Below the pieces are notes generated by a model that worked only from the letters and a program-made list of their open reading frames with translations, ran no database searches and was not told the origin of the DNA. A stretch of DNA of 64,000 nucleotides from Octopus sinensis (lineage: Eukaryota). Both the position numbers and the translations under genes were made by a program. The stretch's first letter is position 1. The number at the start of each line of letters is the position of its first letter. Positions 1 to 11,744 of this stretch are shown one piece after another. The stretch lies in contig NW_021833041.1 of assembly GCF_006345805.1 (NCBI RefSeq), positions 62,001 through 126,000 of the forward strand. Reading direction: 5' to 3'.

Positions 1-568
1 ACATATTTGCTGAACATTTGGATTGTTTGTTGAAGCATTTTGCTCACTATTTTAAAGATCTCGACTGTAAATGTTCGAATGGATACAGAATCCATTTATT
101 GATGAGAAGATAATCAATTTGCATTGACAAACTTTTGAAAAAGAAAATTGATAGAATTGTCATGCGATACATTATTGAAACAAAAATTTGAGAGAGACCG
201 CTAATTTCTTTTTGGTTGAATGTAAGAACGGAATATGAAATTTGTCGAATAAAGCAATGAAAGTTTTGTTGCCATTTGCTACTTCATATTTATGCGAAAC
301 TGGATTTTCTGCACTAGCTGCAATTAAATCTAAATATCGAACTCGTTTAGTAGTGACTAATGAGCTAAGAGTAGCACTCTCTGCGATGACACCAAGATTT
401 GAAAAACTTTGCGCCAAGATGGAAAAAAAATTATCTCATTAACTTTTTGTTTTAAAAAATTGTTTTTGATAAAATAATAATTGTATTATATTATGGAAAT
501 ATAAGGGAGGCGCAAGATTGTACTTTTTCTCTAAGGGAGGCGCGTAAAAAAAAGCTTGGAAACCTCTG
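1..568 (+). mobile_element. 3' part of a hAT/Buster (ZBED5/SCAND3-like) DNA transposon; the window starts inside it
   Basis: C-terminal transposase motif LLPFATSYLCETGFSALAAIKSKYRTRL...ELRVALS (ORF 242-442). Right TIR ...TTGGAAACCTCTG ends at 568, followed by aattaaat (nnnTAnnn Buster target). Near-identical to 31255-31817. Confidence 0.92.
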
Positions 569-576
569 AATTAAAT

Positions 577-735
577 AATAATAGCAAGGCATTGTTTCTC
601 ACTATAGCAATAGAAATTTGTTCAGTAAGATTTCATATCTCCGACGACCTTCTCAAATAGGTCCCCAAGTTATTTTTGTCAGATTCAACGCAGTAGGACC
701 ATAACCTCGGACGTCTCAAACTTTTTCTAAACACA
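577..735 (-). mobile_element. Degraded 3' end of a CRE-like non-LTR retrotransposon, interrupted by the Tc1 element at 738
   Basis: Minus-strand fragments YGPTALNL..LGDLF..ISIAIVRNNAL resemble the GP..FL..LG...ISIAI.RGNA terminus of the other CRE copies in the window; frameshifted. Confidence 0.4.
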
Positions 736-737
736 TA

Positions 738-2195
738 CACTAGGTGCAAAAAAAAACCGTTTTTTCGAAATATCAAAAATTTACTATGCAACTATATTGT
801 TTTTATTAAAGAATTGAATAATTTATCATTTTTTAACACTAGTTTTATTTTTATATTTGAACTTGTAATCATTTTTACTTAACAAATTATAACTAACAAA
901 AAATCAAACGCAATAAAAAACCGTTTTATTTTGATTATTTAAAGTTAGTATTCAATATGGTCCCCTTTTGCCTTAAAAAGCTTTTGTGCTCTATTCGGCA
1001 TGCTTTCGATTAATTTTTTTATAAAACTAATCGGTATTTCGTTCCAAATATTTTCGATTTTTTCTTTCAATTCCGAAACATTCTTTGGATGAAAGGTGTT
1101 TAATTCCCTCTTCATATGAGCCCATATATGTTCGATCGGATTTAAATCCGGTGATGAGGTGCCCATGGTAAAAGGTTTACTTTTTTTGAAAAAATCGCAT
1201 AGTCATCTTGGAATATGACATGGTGCCATGTCTTGTTGGAAAATAAAGTCACTAAGCTCCATTTTTTTGCAGATTCCCATAAATGGTTACATAGTGTGTT
1301 GATATAAAGTGCGGAATTCATATTCCCGTATATAAAAGCAACGAGCCCATTCCGTAATAGGAAAAACAAGCCCCAGACCATAACTTTCCCCCCACCAAAT
1401 TTTACAGTAGGCGAAAGGTTGCTTTTTTGAAGGCCTGTATTGTTTTTCCGATAACAATATTGCCGTTTTTTAATATTAAAACTTCGAAACTGCATTCGTC
1501 ACTGAAAATTGTCCTCATCCATTCAGTGTTTGGCACAGTAATGAAATGCTTTGCCATGTTATAGCGTTTTTTCACTATTTATTTTGTTCAATAATGGTTT
1601 TTTTCTACATACACGAGCATATATTTGCTCCCTTCTTAAATAATTTGCGATGGATCTTTTATCGACTGTTCTCTTCCGGTTATTTTACGGAGATCATTCC
1701 TTAAGCAATCAGCTTTTTTTGGGGGGTCCTCTTTAACCAGGTTGAGTAAAATAAGGATATCGTCCTTATTAAGAATTTTTGGTCTCCCCGACCTTTCATT
1801 CTTCAGTCGTACCATATTTAATGAATTTTCGGATGAAGTCAGCGATAGTTGATCGCGGGATATTAAGCTCGTCAGATATTTTTTTAGTGGTCCAATTTAA
1901 CGCATTCAAGCTTAGAATATTTCCTTTTGTTATTACATCAAGCATTCGTAATTTTATCGAGGGTTAAAATTCTAAAAAAAGTAAAAAATGTCACACTCAC
2001 CAGAATAAACGGTTTTTTATTGCGCTCGTGTAATTAAAATTTTTAATTTAGACATATAACACAATACAAAAAAAATATAACAAAATTGATTTAGGGTTAA
2101 TTTAATGATCCCTTTTGATATCGACAAAGAAAAATCACGGTTATCTTTGCAAAATATGCCGTATTTAAAAAAACGGTTTTTTTTTGCACCTAGTG
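738..2195 (-). mobile_element. Tc1-family DNA transposon of IR/DR type, frameshifted transposase
   Basis: TIR CACTAGGTGCAAAAAAAAACCGTTTTTT at 738 and its inverse ending at 2195. TA TSDs at 736-737 and 2196-2197. Inner repeats near 911 and 2005. Transposase motifs VKFGGGKVMVWG and SPDLNPIEHIW (ORFs 945-1166, 1142-1495). Confidence 0.92.
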
Positions 2196-2593
2196 TATTT
2201 GTTCGCAAGTAATTTTTATAAAAATACATCAAACTATTAATTTTAAGAACTAAAATTTTAAAAAAGAAATTTTTAAATTATATAATGGATTTCTTTTTGT
2301 ATTTTAAATAAACAATAATGGAACAACAAAACAATAAAAATGATCTCGTATTTATCGACTGTACTTTATATTATAAATTAAATACAAAAGATTTATGGAT
2401 GTACCTTTATCGAAACATTTTTATGATATTTATAAGTATATAATAAATAATAAACTACGGAATAATAAAACTATGTTATCGTCTAACAAAGATTCACATC
2501 TAAAAAGAGTTTCAAAAAAATGTTGATGATATAAATAGTTATCTACTAATATATTCAATTATAATTAAATGTGATATAAAAATATATTTATAG

Positions 2594-3012
2594 CTATCTC
2601 ATGGACAAGTCTAACAAAAAGGTTAAAAGACGTGCATGAAAAATCTCACTTAAAATTTGGTAACACGTACAAATTAGGACCTGATAAAGATGAAGAATTT
2701 AATCGTGAATTAGCTTTAACAAAAATCAACACAATATTAAATAAATTTTGTCCTAATCATACATATGATTCTGAACAAAGTCCAATTGATGCCTCAAATT
2801 TAAATACAAGAATCATTGAAGCAATGAAAACATGTAGAACATGCAGATATAAATTAATTGTCAATATTACAATTGGTCAGAATTTCGGAGATGACATTTT
2901 AATAACTTCATCAGCTTTAGCTGACTATCAGTTTGATCATTGCATAAATGAAATTTATCGTAATGAAAATATGTTTATTCATGTTTTTGTTTTCGCTTCG
3001 TACACATATTAA
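2594..3012 (+). CDS. Tctex1-domain dynein light chain (TCTEX1D-like); upstream exon(s) not resolved
   Basis: NTYKLGP motif, RYKLIVNITIGQNFG, D...YRNENMFIHVFVFASY. Acceptor tttatag precedes 2594; stop TAA at 3010-3012. Confidence 0.8.
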
Positions 3013-3074
3013 TTTAATTTAAAAATAAAGTATTAATTCTTATTATATTTAAAACAAATAGTTTTTTATGACAA

Positions 3075-3265
3075 TTATTTAAAAAGAAGTGAATAAAAGA
3101 CGAGCTCGATCTGCGAGTATTGCGCGTAGCCGTGCAAGATTGTAACCGAGATCCTCTGTCTCAGCAAAGAGGATTCGCGTGTATCCATATTTCTTTGAGC
3201 GATAAGAAGGCCGACGTCCTTCAAGAATTTGGGATATTTTTCCGGAGGTCCAAAGGTTCCGGAGG
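3075..3265 (-). mobile_element. 3' end of a CRE-like RLE retrotransposon, inverted relative to the adjacent copy
   Basis: PSGTFGPPEKYPKFLKDVGLLIAQRNMDTRESSLLRQRISVTIL matches the CRE-type C-terminus. Confidence 0.65.
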
Positions 3266-4870
3266 GCTTAAAAACCAAAGGGACAAAGGAATGTTGGGCG
3301 GCAAGTACGACCTCTTACTCGCCCATCTGTGCCTCCACCCTCAACCCCTCAGAAGAAAAAATCCGAATAATAAAATTATTTTGAAGAGCAGCTGCGGCGG
3401 ACTCAATGGATTACGCCCGGGCCATATCAAAATACCCTGATATCCGCCATAACCGCTCTAGTCGGTAGAATATTGAGCGGTGAGATCCTCCACTTTCCGA
3501 GGAACATGCTCTTCTCGGCGCATCTACTTGCATTCCTGGAAAAAGGACGGCGGAATCCGTCCCATAGCAGTTAGAAACTACTTCCGTTGCCTGACTGCTA
3601 AATTGGTAGCAAGGAGCGTCTGCCTCCGCCTCAGCTCCGAACTTGCTCCTTTCCAAATCGGGGTGGGGATCGCCAACGGTTGCGAAGCCACAGTTCACGC
3701 TGCCAGAAGCCTTTTCTTTTCTAACAGAGCACTCATCTCCCTCCACGCAGCCGTGAAGCTCGATTTATGCAACGCTTTCAACAGTGTAAGGAGAGATTGC
3801 ATCCTCGAGGCTTGCCTTAAAAGGGCTCCGGAGATCGCCCATTTGATCTTCCTTTCCTACGGCGAAAAAAGCACGCTTATCTCTGGGAACCAAGTCGTCC
3901 GCTCATGGACAGGAGTTCAGCAAGGTGACCCACTCGGGCCGCTCCTCTTCGCCATCGCAATCGATGATGCCGTAGACTTTCTAAACTCTCCCTTCAATTT
4001 GTGGTACTTGGATGATGCATCGGTTTGCGGATCCATTGAGTCCATTTCCCGGGACCTCTCACGTCTCATCCCTCTCTTGGACACCTCAGGCTAGAATTAA
4101 ACGAAAGAAAATGCAGCTTTTGAATATCAACTATCCTGAGGAAAATTTTCATGATTTGAGAAAATCAATAACCGATCTCATCTCCGGAGTTCAGATCACC
4201 AACATGTCCGAAGCCACATTCTCGGATGCCATCTCAGCTCATCTGGCCTAAGAGCCCACCTGGCGAAAAGGACCTGGAATTCCGTGACCTCATAAACTGA
4301 CACTAGACTCCACATCGCCTTCTTCCTCATGAAAAGCAGTATGTACATGCTGAAACTGCTATACACGCTCCGCTGCCTGCCATGCTACTCCCATCTTGAC
4401 TTGCTATTTTTATGGAAACCTCCCTGAAATCGTCCATGGAAGCAGTTCTGAACATCGCCTTTGACGAAATCGTTTGGAACCAAGGAAAACTTCCCGTCAG
4501 GTTCGGAGAGATCGGCTTCCAGTCGCCCAAAAACATGGGGCTTGCTTTCCGCAGCACACAAACACAGCAGCTCCTGGTTCGACCCCTTCCTGTCGGCATC
4601 AACGGGCTCGTTGTTGGATGACGAGACCCTCCGGATCGGAGTTGCTCTCCGGTTGGGTCTTGACATTTCCACCCCCACCGGTGTCGATGCGGAGGTATGG
4701 TAAATGTGAAAGGTCTGCACCCCCTCTCGTGCCGCCGGAGCGCAGGCCGCTCACCCCGTCACTGGGCACTCAACGACGTCATCTTGAGAGCACTCAATGC
4801 TGCGGTTACCCGAATGTATTCAAACCAGTCGGTCTGGACAGGGGGAATGGCAAGCGCTCAGACAAATAGT
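3266..4870 (+). mobile_element. CRE-clade non-LTR retrotransposon (RT plus start of the RLE endonuclease), degraded
   Basis: RT motifs KKDGGIRPIAV, QIGVGIANGCEATVH, KLDLCNAFNSV, GVQQGDPLGPLLF, WYLDD. C-terminal LRIGVALRLGL and [11 protein letters not shown]. Visibly GC-richer than the flanks. Confidence 0.87.
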
Positions 4871-5648
4871 TAACATTTAAATTAATTTCCCTTTTTTTAT
4901 TTGTAACAAATCACACCACCGCCAAAACTTTTTTCCTAGAAAGTTATCTTTACTCTCAAGTTTTTGTCCTTTTTTATACAGATTGATAAAAACAGAAATG
5001 TTTTCTCTTAATTGATTTTATAAAATTCTATGGATATGCTTTGCAATTTTCAAAATTTCCCATAGTTTGTTTTACCGATTTTAAATAATTTTTAATTTAA
5101 ATACGTTTTGGTTATTTTTAAGCTCTCTGATCTTTATTTATTTATCGCCTTGTTATAGATACCAAAACTTTTTTTAGTCACAAGATATAATGCTTGTTGT
5201 TTTCCACAGCAGTATCATTTTTTATTGTTTTACAACTTTTATTTTAACAAACTCATTCGCTAAAACAAATTAAACTGAGTAGGTTTTGAGCTTTTTGGTC
5301 TTCCTAATTATGAATTTTCTGCACAAATCCAAATGCAACTATTTAGCAACGCAGTTGTGTGTTTTAAAACAAGAACTATTGACAATTTCCCAAAATTTCG
5401 TAGCAATATTTATATTAATGTCTTGACATGTGAAATTTATTATACTATTGAAATGATCTTAAAAAATCATGTTTTCAAACAAGGAGCACATTTTATAGTA
5501 ATTTAGTATCCCATCACGGAAACCATGCCAATAATTATAAGGGATTCGAATTTAGTAATTCACTAACAAACAACACAGTTTCAAAAATGAATTACTTAAA
5601 TTAGTAAGACAAAAAAGAAAAGTAATCAGAAAATTAACACATTAATTT

Positions 5649-6436
5649 TTATGATTCAGCAGTAACTTCAGGAAATGAAACTTTTTCGACGATTATATGA
5701 GCAAGACAGTCCCCCCGGTAAACTGGACAAATTTTTAAAGGTTCATACCAATGAAGTCGGTTTTTCCATGATTATCAACAATAAGCCCAATTCCATCGCG
5801 ATAATCAGGATCAATTACTCCCCCTAAACATATTTATTGGAAATTTATAAAATAGATATAAAAATCATAAATATTTTTAAGATTTGAAAACCATTTAGTG
5901 AAATACGCCTTTTTGCCAAATTTTTTACAGGAACTAAAATAAGTTTAAAAATAAAGAACCAATTCTTCCATAACAACCGTGAGGAAACATCATACTGACG
6001 TCAGTTTTTACTATTTCCACAGATTCGGCTGCGACAGTTAGGTCGTATGCACTACATTTATGCTGATTTTAATATAATACCTAAATAAGTTTATTGCCAC
6101 AGATGAATTAGACATTCGCATAGGAGGGAAGGCATAGCGAGTTATAAGTTTATAAAAGAGAGTGTTTTCAGTTTCAGAAGTCAGAGACGCATCAGAAATT
6201 AGCGACTCATTCCTCGAGATTAATTTTGAATCTGAAAACCGGTTCGATGGAGGTCCCGGTCCAATTTTTGGCATTGCGGTGCCGTCTTTGGAAAAATTTT
6301 TTGTTACAAAACCCACAGTCGACGTGGGAATTTCCAGCATTTTAGATATTTCTTTGATTGTTTTTCCAGAGGAATAATATCCAATTATTACCCCTTTTGT
6401 AAAATCAGATAAATGAATTTTGGAATTAGCCTCCAT
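5649..6436 (-). CDS. Chimeric 212-aa protein: Tc1-transposase paired-like HTH fused to a dUTPase-like (probably inactive) domain
   Basis: Exons 6436-6081, 6051-5960, 5933-5892, 5823-5749 and 5722-5649 (356+92+42+75+74=639 nt) are joined by GT-AG introns of 29, 26, 68 and 26 nt into one open frame: MEANSKIHLSDFTKGVIIGYYSSGKTIKEISKMLEIPTSTVGFVTKNFSKDGT...SAYDLTVAAESVEIVKTDVSMMFPHGCYGRIVPVKNLAKRRISLNGGVIDPDYRDGIGLIVDNHGKTDFIVYRGDCLAHIIVEKVSFPEVTAES*. Confidence 0.87.
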
Positions 6437-7379
6437 CAGCAACAACGAAAAAAAATTTTGTACGGCAAAATTAAATTTATTTAAATTTAATTTAAAAAAC
6501 AAGAATAATGCTTCATATTAAAAAAATAATTCTAATCTTGGAAAGAATTCTTCAATTTTATTAAAAAACGTTATTGGAAACAAATAAAGAAAGGGAGGAC
6601 CTTTAATTGCAACGAATTGTCAAGCAATTTGCGCGAACAATGGCTAAGACAACACGTTAGAACAGTCAGATACTCTTTCTAGGATCACACGTTATATTAG
6701 AGATGAGAGAAACCACTATTATAGGCAATTTCACGATGCCACGGATCATGACAAAGCCATCAAGTAAATAAATTCACGGGCTTTCACCCGAAAATATCGC
6801 TGGTCTTAACACCAATGAGAGTCAGCAAAAAGACTTGTTGATGACCAAATATTTAGTGATTTTCAGTTTTTCATAGAGAGGTAATCAAATAAAAGTCCAC
6901 ACAAGTGACATCCCAGACAAAACATTTTCCATCCAAAAAAAGAAAAAGTGTCACGTCATTACGATCAAGGTCAGGAAGAAAGCATGACAATTTAGCATGA
7001 GTTTCTTTTAATGATTTTTTTGGGTAGATTGGGTAACCAAGAATAGTAAGATCTTTGATTTTTGTAACTGAAAGGTCTTTGATGCTCCCAGAAAGAACAG
7101 AAAAGATTTTTTGAGATTAATAATGTCTTCGGCAATCCTGGTTACTTTGGAATTAACTTGTTCGACTTATCTCCACAAAACAGGAAATGATTTTGGAAAC
7201 GTCCTACAGGATTATTCCTAAAAGCCACCAAGAGGCAAGCCTGACAAATTTATAATACAAAATATTGTAGAGTTCAACATAATAAAATCCATCCTCGAAG
7301 GAAAAGAACTGAATATACCGACTTTTCGGAAGTTTAAACTAATAAGAAGGCTAAAAAATTGTTTTAATGGACGGAGAGT

Positions 7380-8300
7380 TTATCTTCAAAATTCTTTATC
7401 TAATCACAGGCTTGCTATTGTCTCAACAAATACACGGAAGATGTGGACAATTGCAAAAAAGATCCATGACGTTAACCACTGTGGACACAATGAATTAGAA
7501 GAATTGTGTGAAAAACAATTTTGTTTTGTTAAAGGAGATGTTATTCGTCAGGTAGTAAAAGACTGCAATATATGCCAGTCTACAGTCCTACTGAAACAAT
7601 ATGACGACATAGGTCATATTTTTGCGGATGTAACGAATGAGAAATTTCAGATTGATATGATCGACCTAAAAAGGTATAAAATTGTGGTATTTCCAAGGTT
7701 TGTACATGAAAATCATCCATTTTTTGGTTGTTAACTGTTATTGACGTCTATTAAAGATATGCCATCACAAGGAATCTTGAAAATAAAAGTGGAATTTAAG
7801 TCGCTGAAAAATTAAACGACATTTTCATGGATGATGGCCTTTGCTGATATTTACAGTCTGATAACAGGACAGAATTTAAAAATTTTCGCATTTCTAATTT
7901 ATATTAAGGATTCAAAATTACTTAAATTCAAGAAAGTCCGAACAATCCTTAGAGTCGGGGATACTTGAACAATCTAATCAGACAATCAAATAGGAGTTTA
8001 TTCATATTGATAGCTTCGGATGAAAAAAAGAGTGGATAAAAAACATTTGAAAACCCGTATTTATTTACAACCACATGTAAATTGAATTTTTTTTAATTTT
8101 TTAGAAGTGAGTTCATTTCAAAAATATCGTGGTATTCCTGGATTTAACATTGTTTTTTAATTAGATGTTGAGAAAAATTCAAAAAGTTGATATGGGAGAA
8201 TTGGAAGTTGTAGAAAATCCCGACATTTATTATAAAGTTTTTTTATTGTTATTTATTAGTAAAGATGATGAGTGCCCGTTTAACTGTGAGAAAGTGACTT
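7380..8300 (+). mobile_element. Ginger2/TDD (KRBA2-like) integrase remnant
   Basis: HHCC region (IHDVNHCGH...CNIC), NEKFQIDMIDLK, LTVIDVY, LQSDNRTEFKN; stops and frameshifts present; termini not found. Confidence 0.7.
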
Positions 8301-8589
8301 TGCAGTCTTTATATTATAGAAAAATGAATTGAAGATGAGAGACCAGCGATCAAAATATGAGTTAGATGTTAGAGATATTGTATTCTATTTTTAATTACTT
8401 AAAGGTTTGTATACAAAAAGATTATGGGACGAAACATTCTCTTTGATTAAAATAATTTGAACATCCGTATGGAAATCCAGTAACTATTGTCGAGAAATTG
8501 TCTAACAATGTTCTTACAGATGAAGATAGTGCTGGGACTATTAAGAAAATTTATTCAAGACGACTTTAAATAATTGTTAATTATTATTT

Positions 8590-9460
8590 GTAATTGTCAA
8601 GTTAACTCTGATATAATAGATGTATTTACCCATAGAATCACAAAATCAATTGACATTAAACGATGGGAGGGCCAGCGGCCTGACGGATCGTCAAACTTGC
8701 GGAGAAAATTTTCCGTCTTCGGACCAAGAGCACTCAACGTCTCCACCGCAATCGACAGTACGAAGAACTTATCCGAAAGGCCGGAGTATTTTTGCAGTTT
8801 TGTATCTTCAGCTTTCTTAGCGGCGGATTTAGCCTCCAGAGCACACAAAGTTACGTGTGAGGCAGAAAATGTATCCCAGCAGGTTACGTCCCATACGAGA
8901 ACTTTTTCCCCTCAAAAGGGAAAAGAGTCATTCTGTCAGGACGTTTCCCGTCACCGCGCTCGAAACCTGGTGGTTCGAGAATCGAAGGAAATCCCGGCGA
9001 GTCAAAAGCCCTCCAAATAACGTAATTCATAGCCGAGTGCCTCGGAAATCGTACGCCACTCCTGTACGATAAAGGATGCAGATCAAAAAAGTCAACAGAG
9101 CAGCCACAATGACACGCGTGCGGGACACATTGGTTTAACCCGAGGAGCAGGGAGATTCCAATTATTACAGATTCGTCATCAAGAAGGATGCCAGATGAGG
9201 CGTTCGGAAATCTGCAATGCCAAGCTCCACTAGCTGGGGATGCTGCCGAAAGTAGGAAAGGGTAGCGATGTTGATTAGACGACAGATTGAAGGTTTGCTA
9301 GCATTTTATTAGATCTCAGGTTCGTTGAGAAATTCGATCCTCTGGTAGGTCAAGACTTTGTTTCCTCCAGACTGAAGTAAGCCACATTTGTGTCCAAAGA
9401 AAATTCAGTCGAATATTATCACGTCGGCTTTGTTTCCTAGGCACGCAGCGAACAAAGTGG
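8590..9460 (-). mobile_element. CRE-like retrotransposon 3' remnant (RLE domain)
   Basis: AAKKAEDTKLQKYSGLSDKFFVLSIAVETLSALGPKTENFL; GC-rich relative to the flanks; frameshifted. Confidence 0.75.
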
Positions 9461-9897
9461 AGTGTGGGGAAATCAATAAATACAAAATTCTCTTAAAATA
9501 TAACTTTTTTTCCTTATCACATTCGAATCTGGAGTTTTAAAAAATCACAAGACGGACTTCATTTATGATATCAAAAGTAAATCAACCAGAATCATAATGC
9601 TTCTGTGAAGAATTTCGATTTCAATTTTTGTAAGAACAGTCAAAAAATTCTCTTCCCACATAAATGGTTTTCTCTATTCTTTTGTAATTGACAAAATTTA
9701 ATTTTAAAAAATCAAAGTAATACTTTACTATTTTCATTAGCTTTTTCTATTCTTTTAATGGAATTGTTTGTAAGAATTGAAAATAACGCAATTAAAAATT
9801 CAAATGTATATTTAATTTGTAAAATAAAATTAATAATTAATTATCTCTTTAAACAGCTTGTGGCGACCTGTCATTTGTTGCATATTTGAATTCTTAA

Positions 9898-10649
9898 ATG
9901 TCAGTCAGCGATGGAAATGTGAAAACTATGCAATTAAAGATGGTACTTCTGGGAGAACAAGGAACCGGAAAATCATGCCTCGTTTCTAGATTTATAAAGG
10001 GACACTTTTTAACCAATTCCGAGAGCACTATTGGAGGTAATAATCACAAATTTTAAAATTTACACGCTTAACCATCGTTTAAAACTAATCGATCTAGCTG
10101 CGTTTTTTACTCAAAGAATTTTTATGGACGACACATCGGTTAAATTCGAAATCTGGGACACCGCAGGACAGGAACGCTTTCGTACGCTTGCTCCAATGTA
10201 TTACCGAGGTGCACATGCTGCACTTATCCTTTATGACATTACCAATTCGGTAAATTATTTACTTTTTTACATTTTTTAGAAATCCTTTGAAAGGGCTGAA
10301 GATTGGCTGTATGAGTTAAGAAGACACGGCCCTCCGAATATTTGCATTGCTTTGGCTGGTAATAAAACTGATTTGGAGTCTACGAGAGTAGTTTCTTTTG
10401 AAGTTTTTACTTTTCAAATGATTTTTAAAGGATGGCCAAAATTTGGCGACACGAAATGGGTTGACGTTTCTTGAGACATCAGCAAAGACTTCTTCTAACG
10501 TTAATACGCTATTTGTTTCCATGGGTTCCACTTTATAATTTTTTTATATTTCAGCCCGAAGCGTACTGGTGTCTACTTCTGATTCTGAGTTCAATCCTCC
10601 CGATATCACTCTTCTTAACAATTCCGATCAGAAAAAGAAATGTTGCTGA
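9898..10649 (+). CDS. Rab5-subfamily small GTPase, closest to Rab22/Rab31; 5 exons
   Basis: GEQGTGKS P-loop, STIG|AAF effector, [40 protein letters not shown] (Rab22-like), ETSAK, C-terminal KKKCC*. Four GT-AG introns of about 27-61 nt. Confidence 0.92.
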
Positions 10650-11744
10650 CCAACTTAATTATATAAATAATATTCATTTTATATTATTTTTAGTCTTTTA
10701 ACTTTAGTTTGATTTTTTCGAAACGAATAATATTCTATCAATTAAAAATTATTCAAAAAATCGATTTATATCCACAAAACTGTTTTGAAAATCAAAATTG
10801 TTCTGTGAAAATATGGGAAGTCGTTCTCATTAAATAACCATGAAAATGTGACACCTTTTCGAATCATTATTTTTTCGATCTATTCTTACAAATGCTTGGT
10901 AATTTTTAACATGTGAAGCTGTAAATTAGCTTTATTTAAAGTTAACAATCGCAAATGCTCTGCTGATTTAAAAAATAGTGAATTTTTATTGATTCAAAAT
11001 TTAAAAGTATCTATGGTGATATTAAACATTTTAACATAAAAGTAGATAGTGAGCCTGTTTTAAAAACACAACCTGTAAAAAATGGAAAATGTGTAAGAGC
11101 AATATTCAATTTGTTTCTTTTAGAAAAACTTCATAAAACATTCTCTCCTCCGTTCTTCGTGTTGGATATAAAAGTGATGCTTTCATGAGACACCATTGTC
11201 GCGAAGCATAGTTTACATTTTATAGAAATATGGGCCACATTCTTTTTTCTAAAGCGAAATTGAACGAGAATCCTACTTTTTGTTTGTTCTCAAAACAGCT
11301 TTCGGGTGCATTGAAATACTGAATCTGAAAAAGAATTTCGCGATCATGGAATTAATTTTTTTAATTAACAATATATTTTCTGTTAATTAAAATAAGGACC
11401 TTCCTAAAATAATGATTTATAAACTCATAGAAATTTTGACCCGAGAGAATGATTAAATAACAAAGCCAATTCCCACTTGCTTTCGTTATTTACGAGATTA
11501 CCCGATCGGCTTTGCAAATGAGCGATTCAGTAACTTTCTCAGAAATATCGATTCATACTGTCATCATTTTGAAATCAATAATATTTTTTTGCTCCAACAA
11601 ATGAATTAGGTAACGTTTAATAGTGGAAAAATAACATCATGTGTTAATTGTGAACTCTATTAGGGTCCCAAACTTATATGAGTAAAGACTTAAAACTTGA
11701 AAGACCTCCGTTATTTTCACATCCAAGGACTGTTACAGTTTATA

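Noticed and set aside
5649-6436. Endogenous viral or retroviral dUTPase
   Set aside because: Four spliceosomal introns at positions matching cellular DUT as I recall them, and no viral or LTR genes nearby.
10800-11700. Weak coding-like stretch (IKVDSEPVLKTQPVKNGK...)
   Set aside because: No convincing exon chain or motif, so it cannot be supported.
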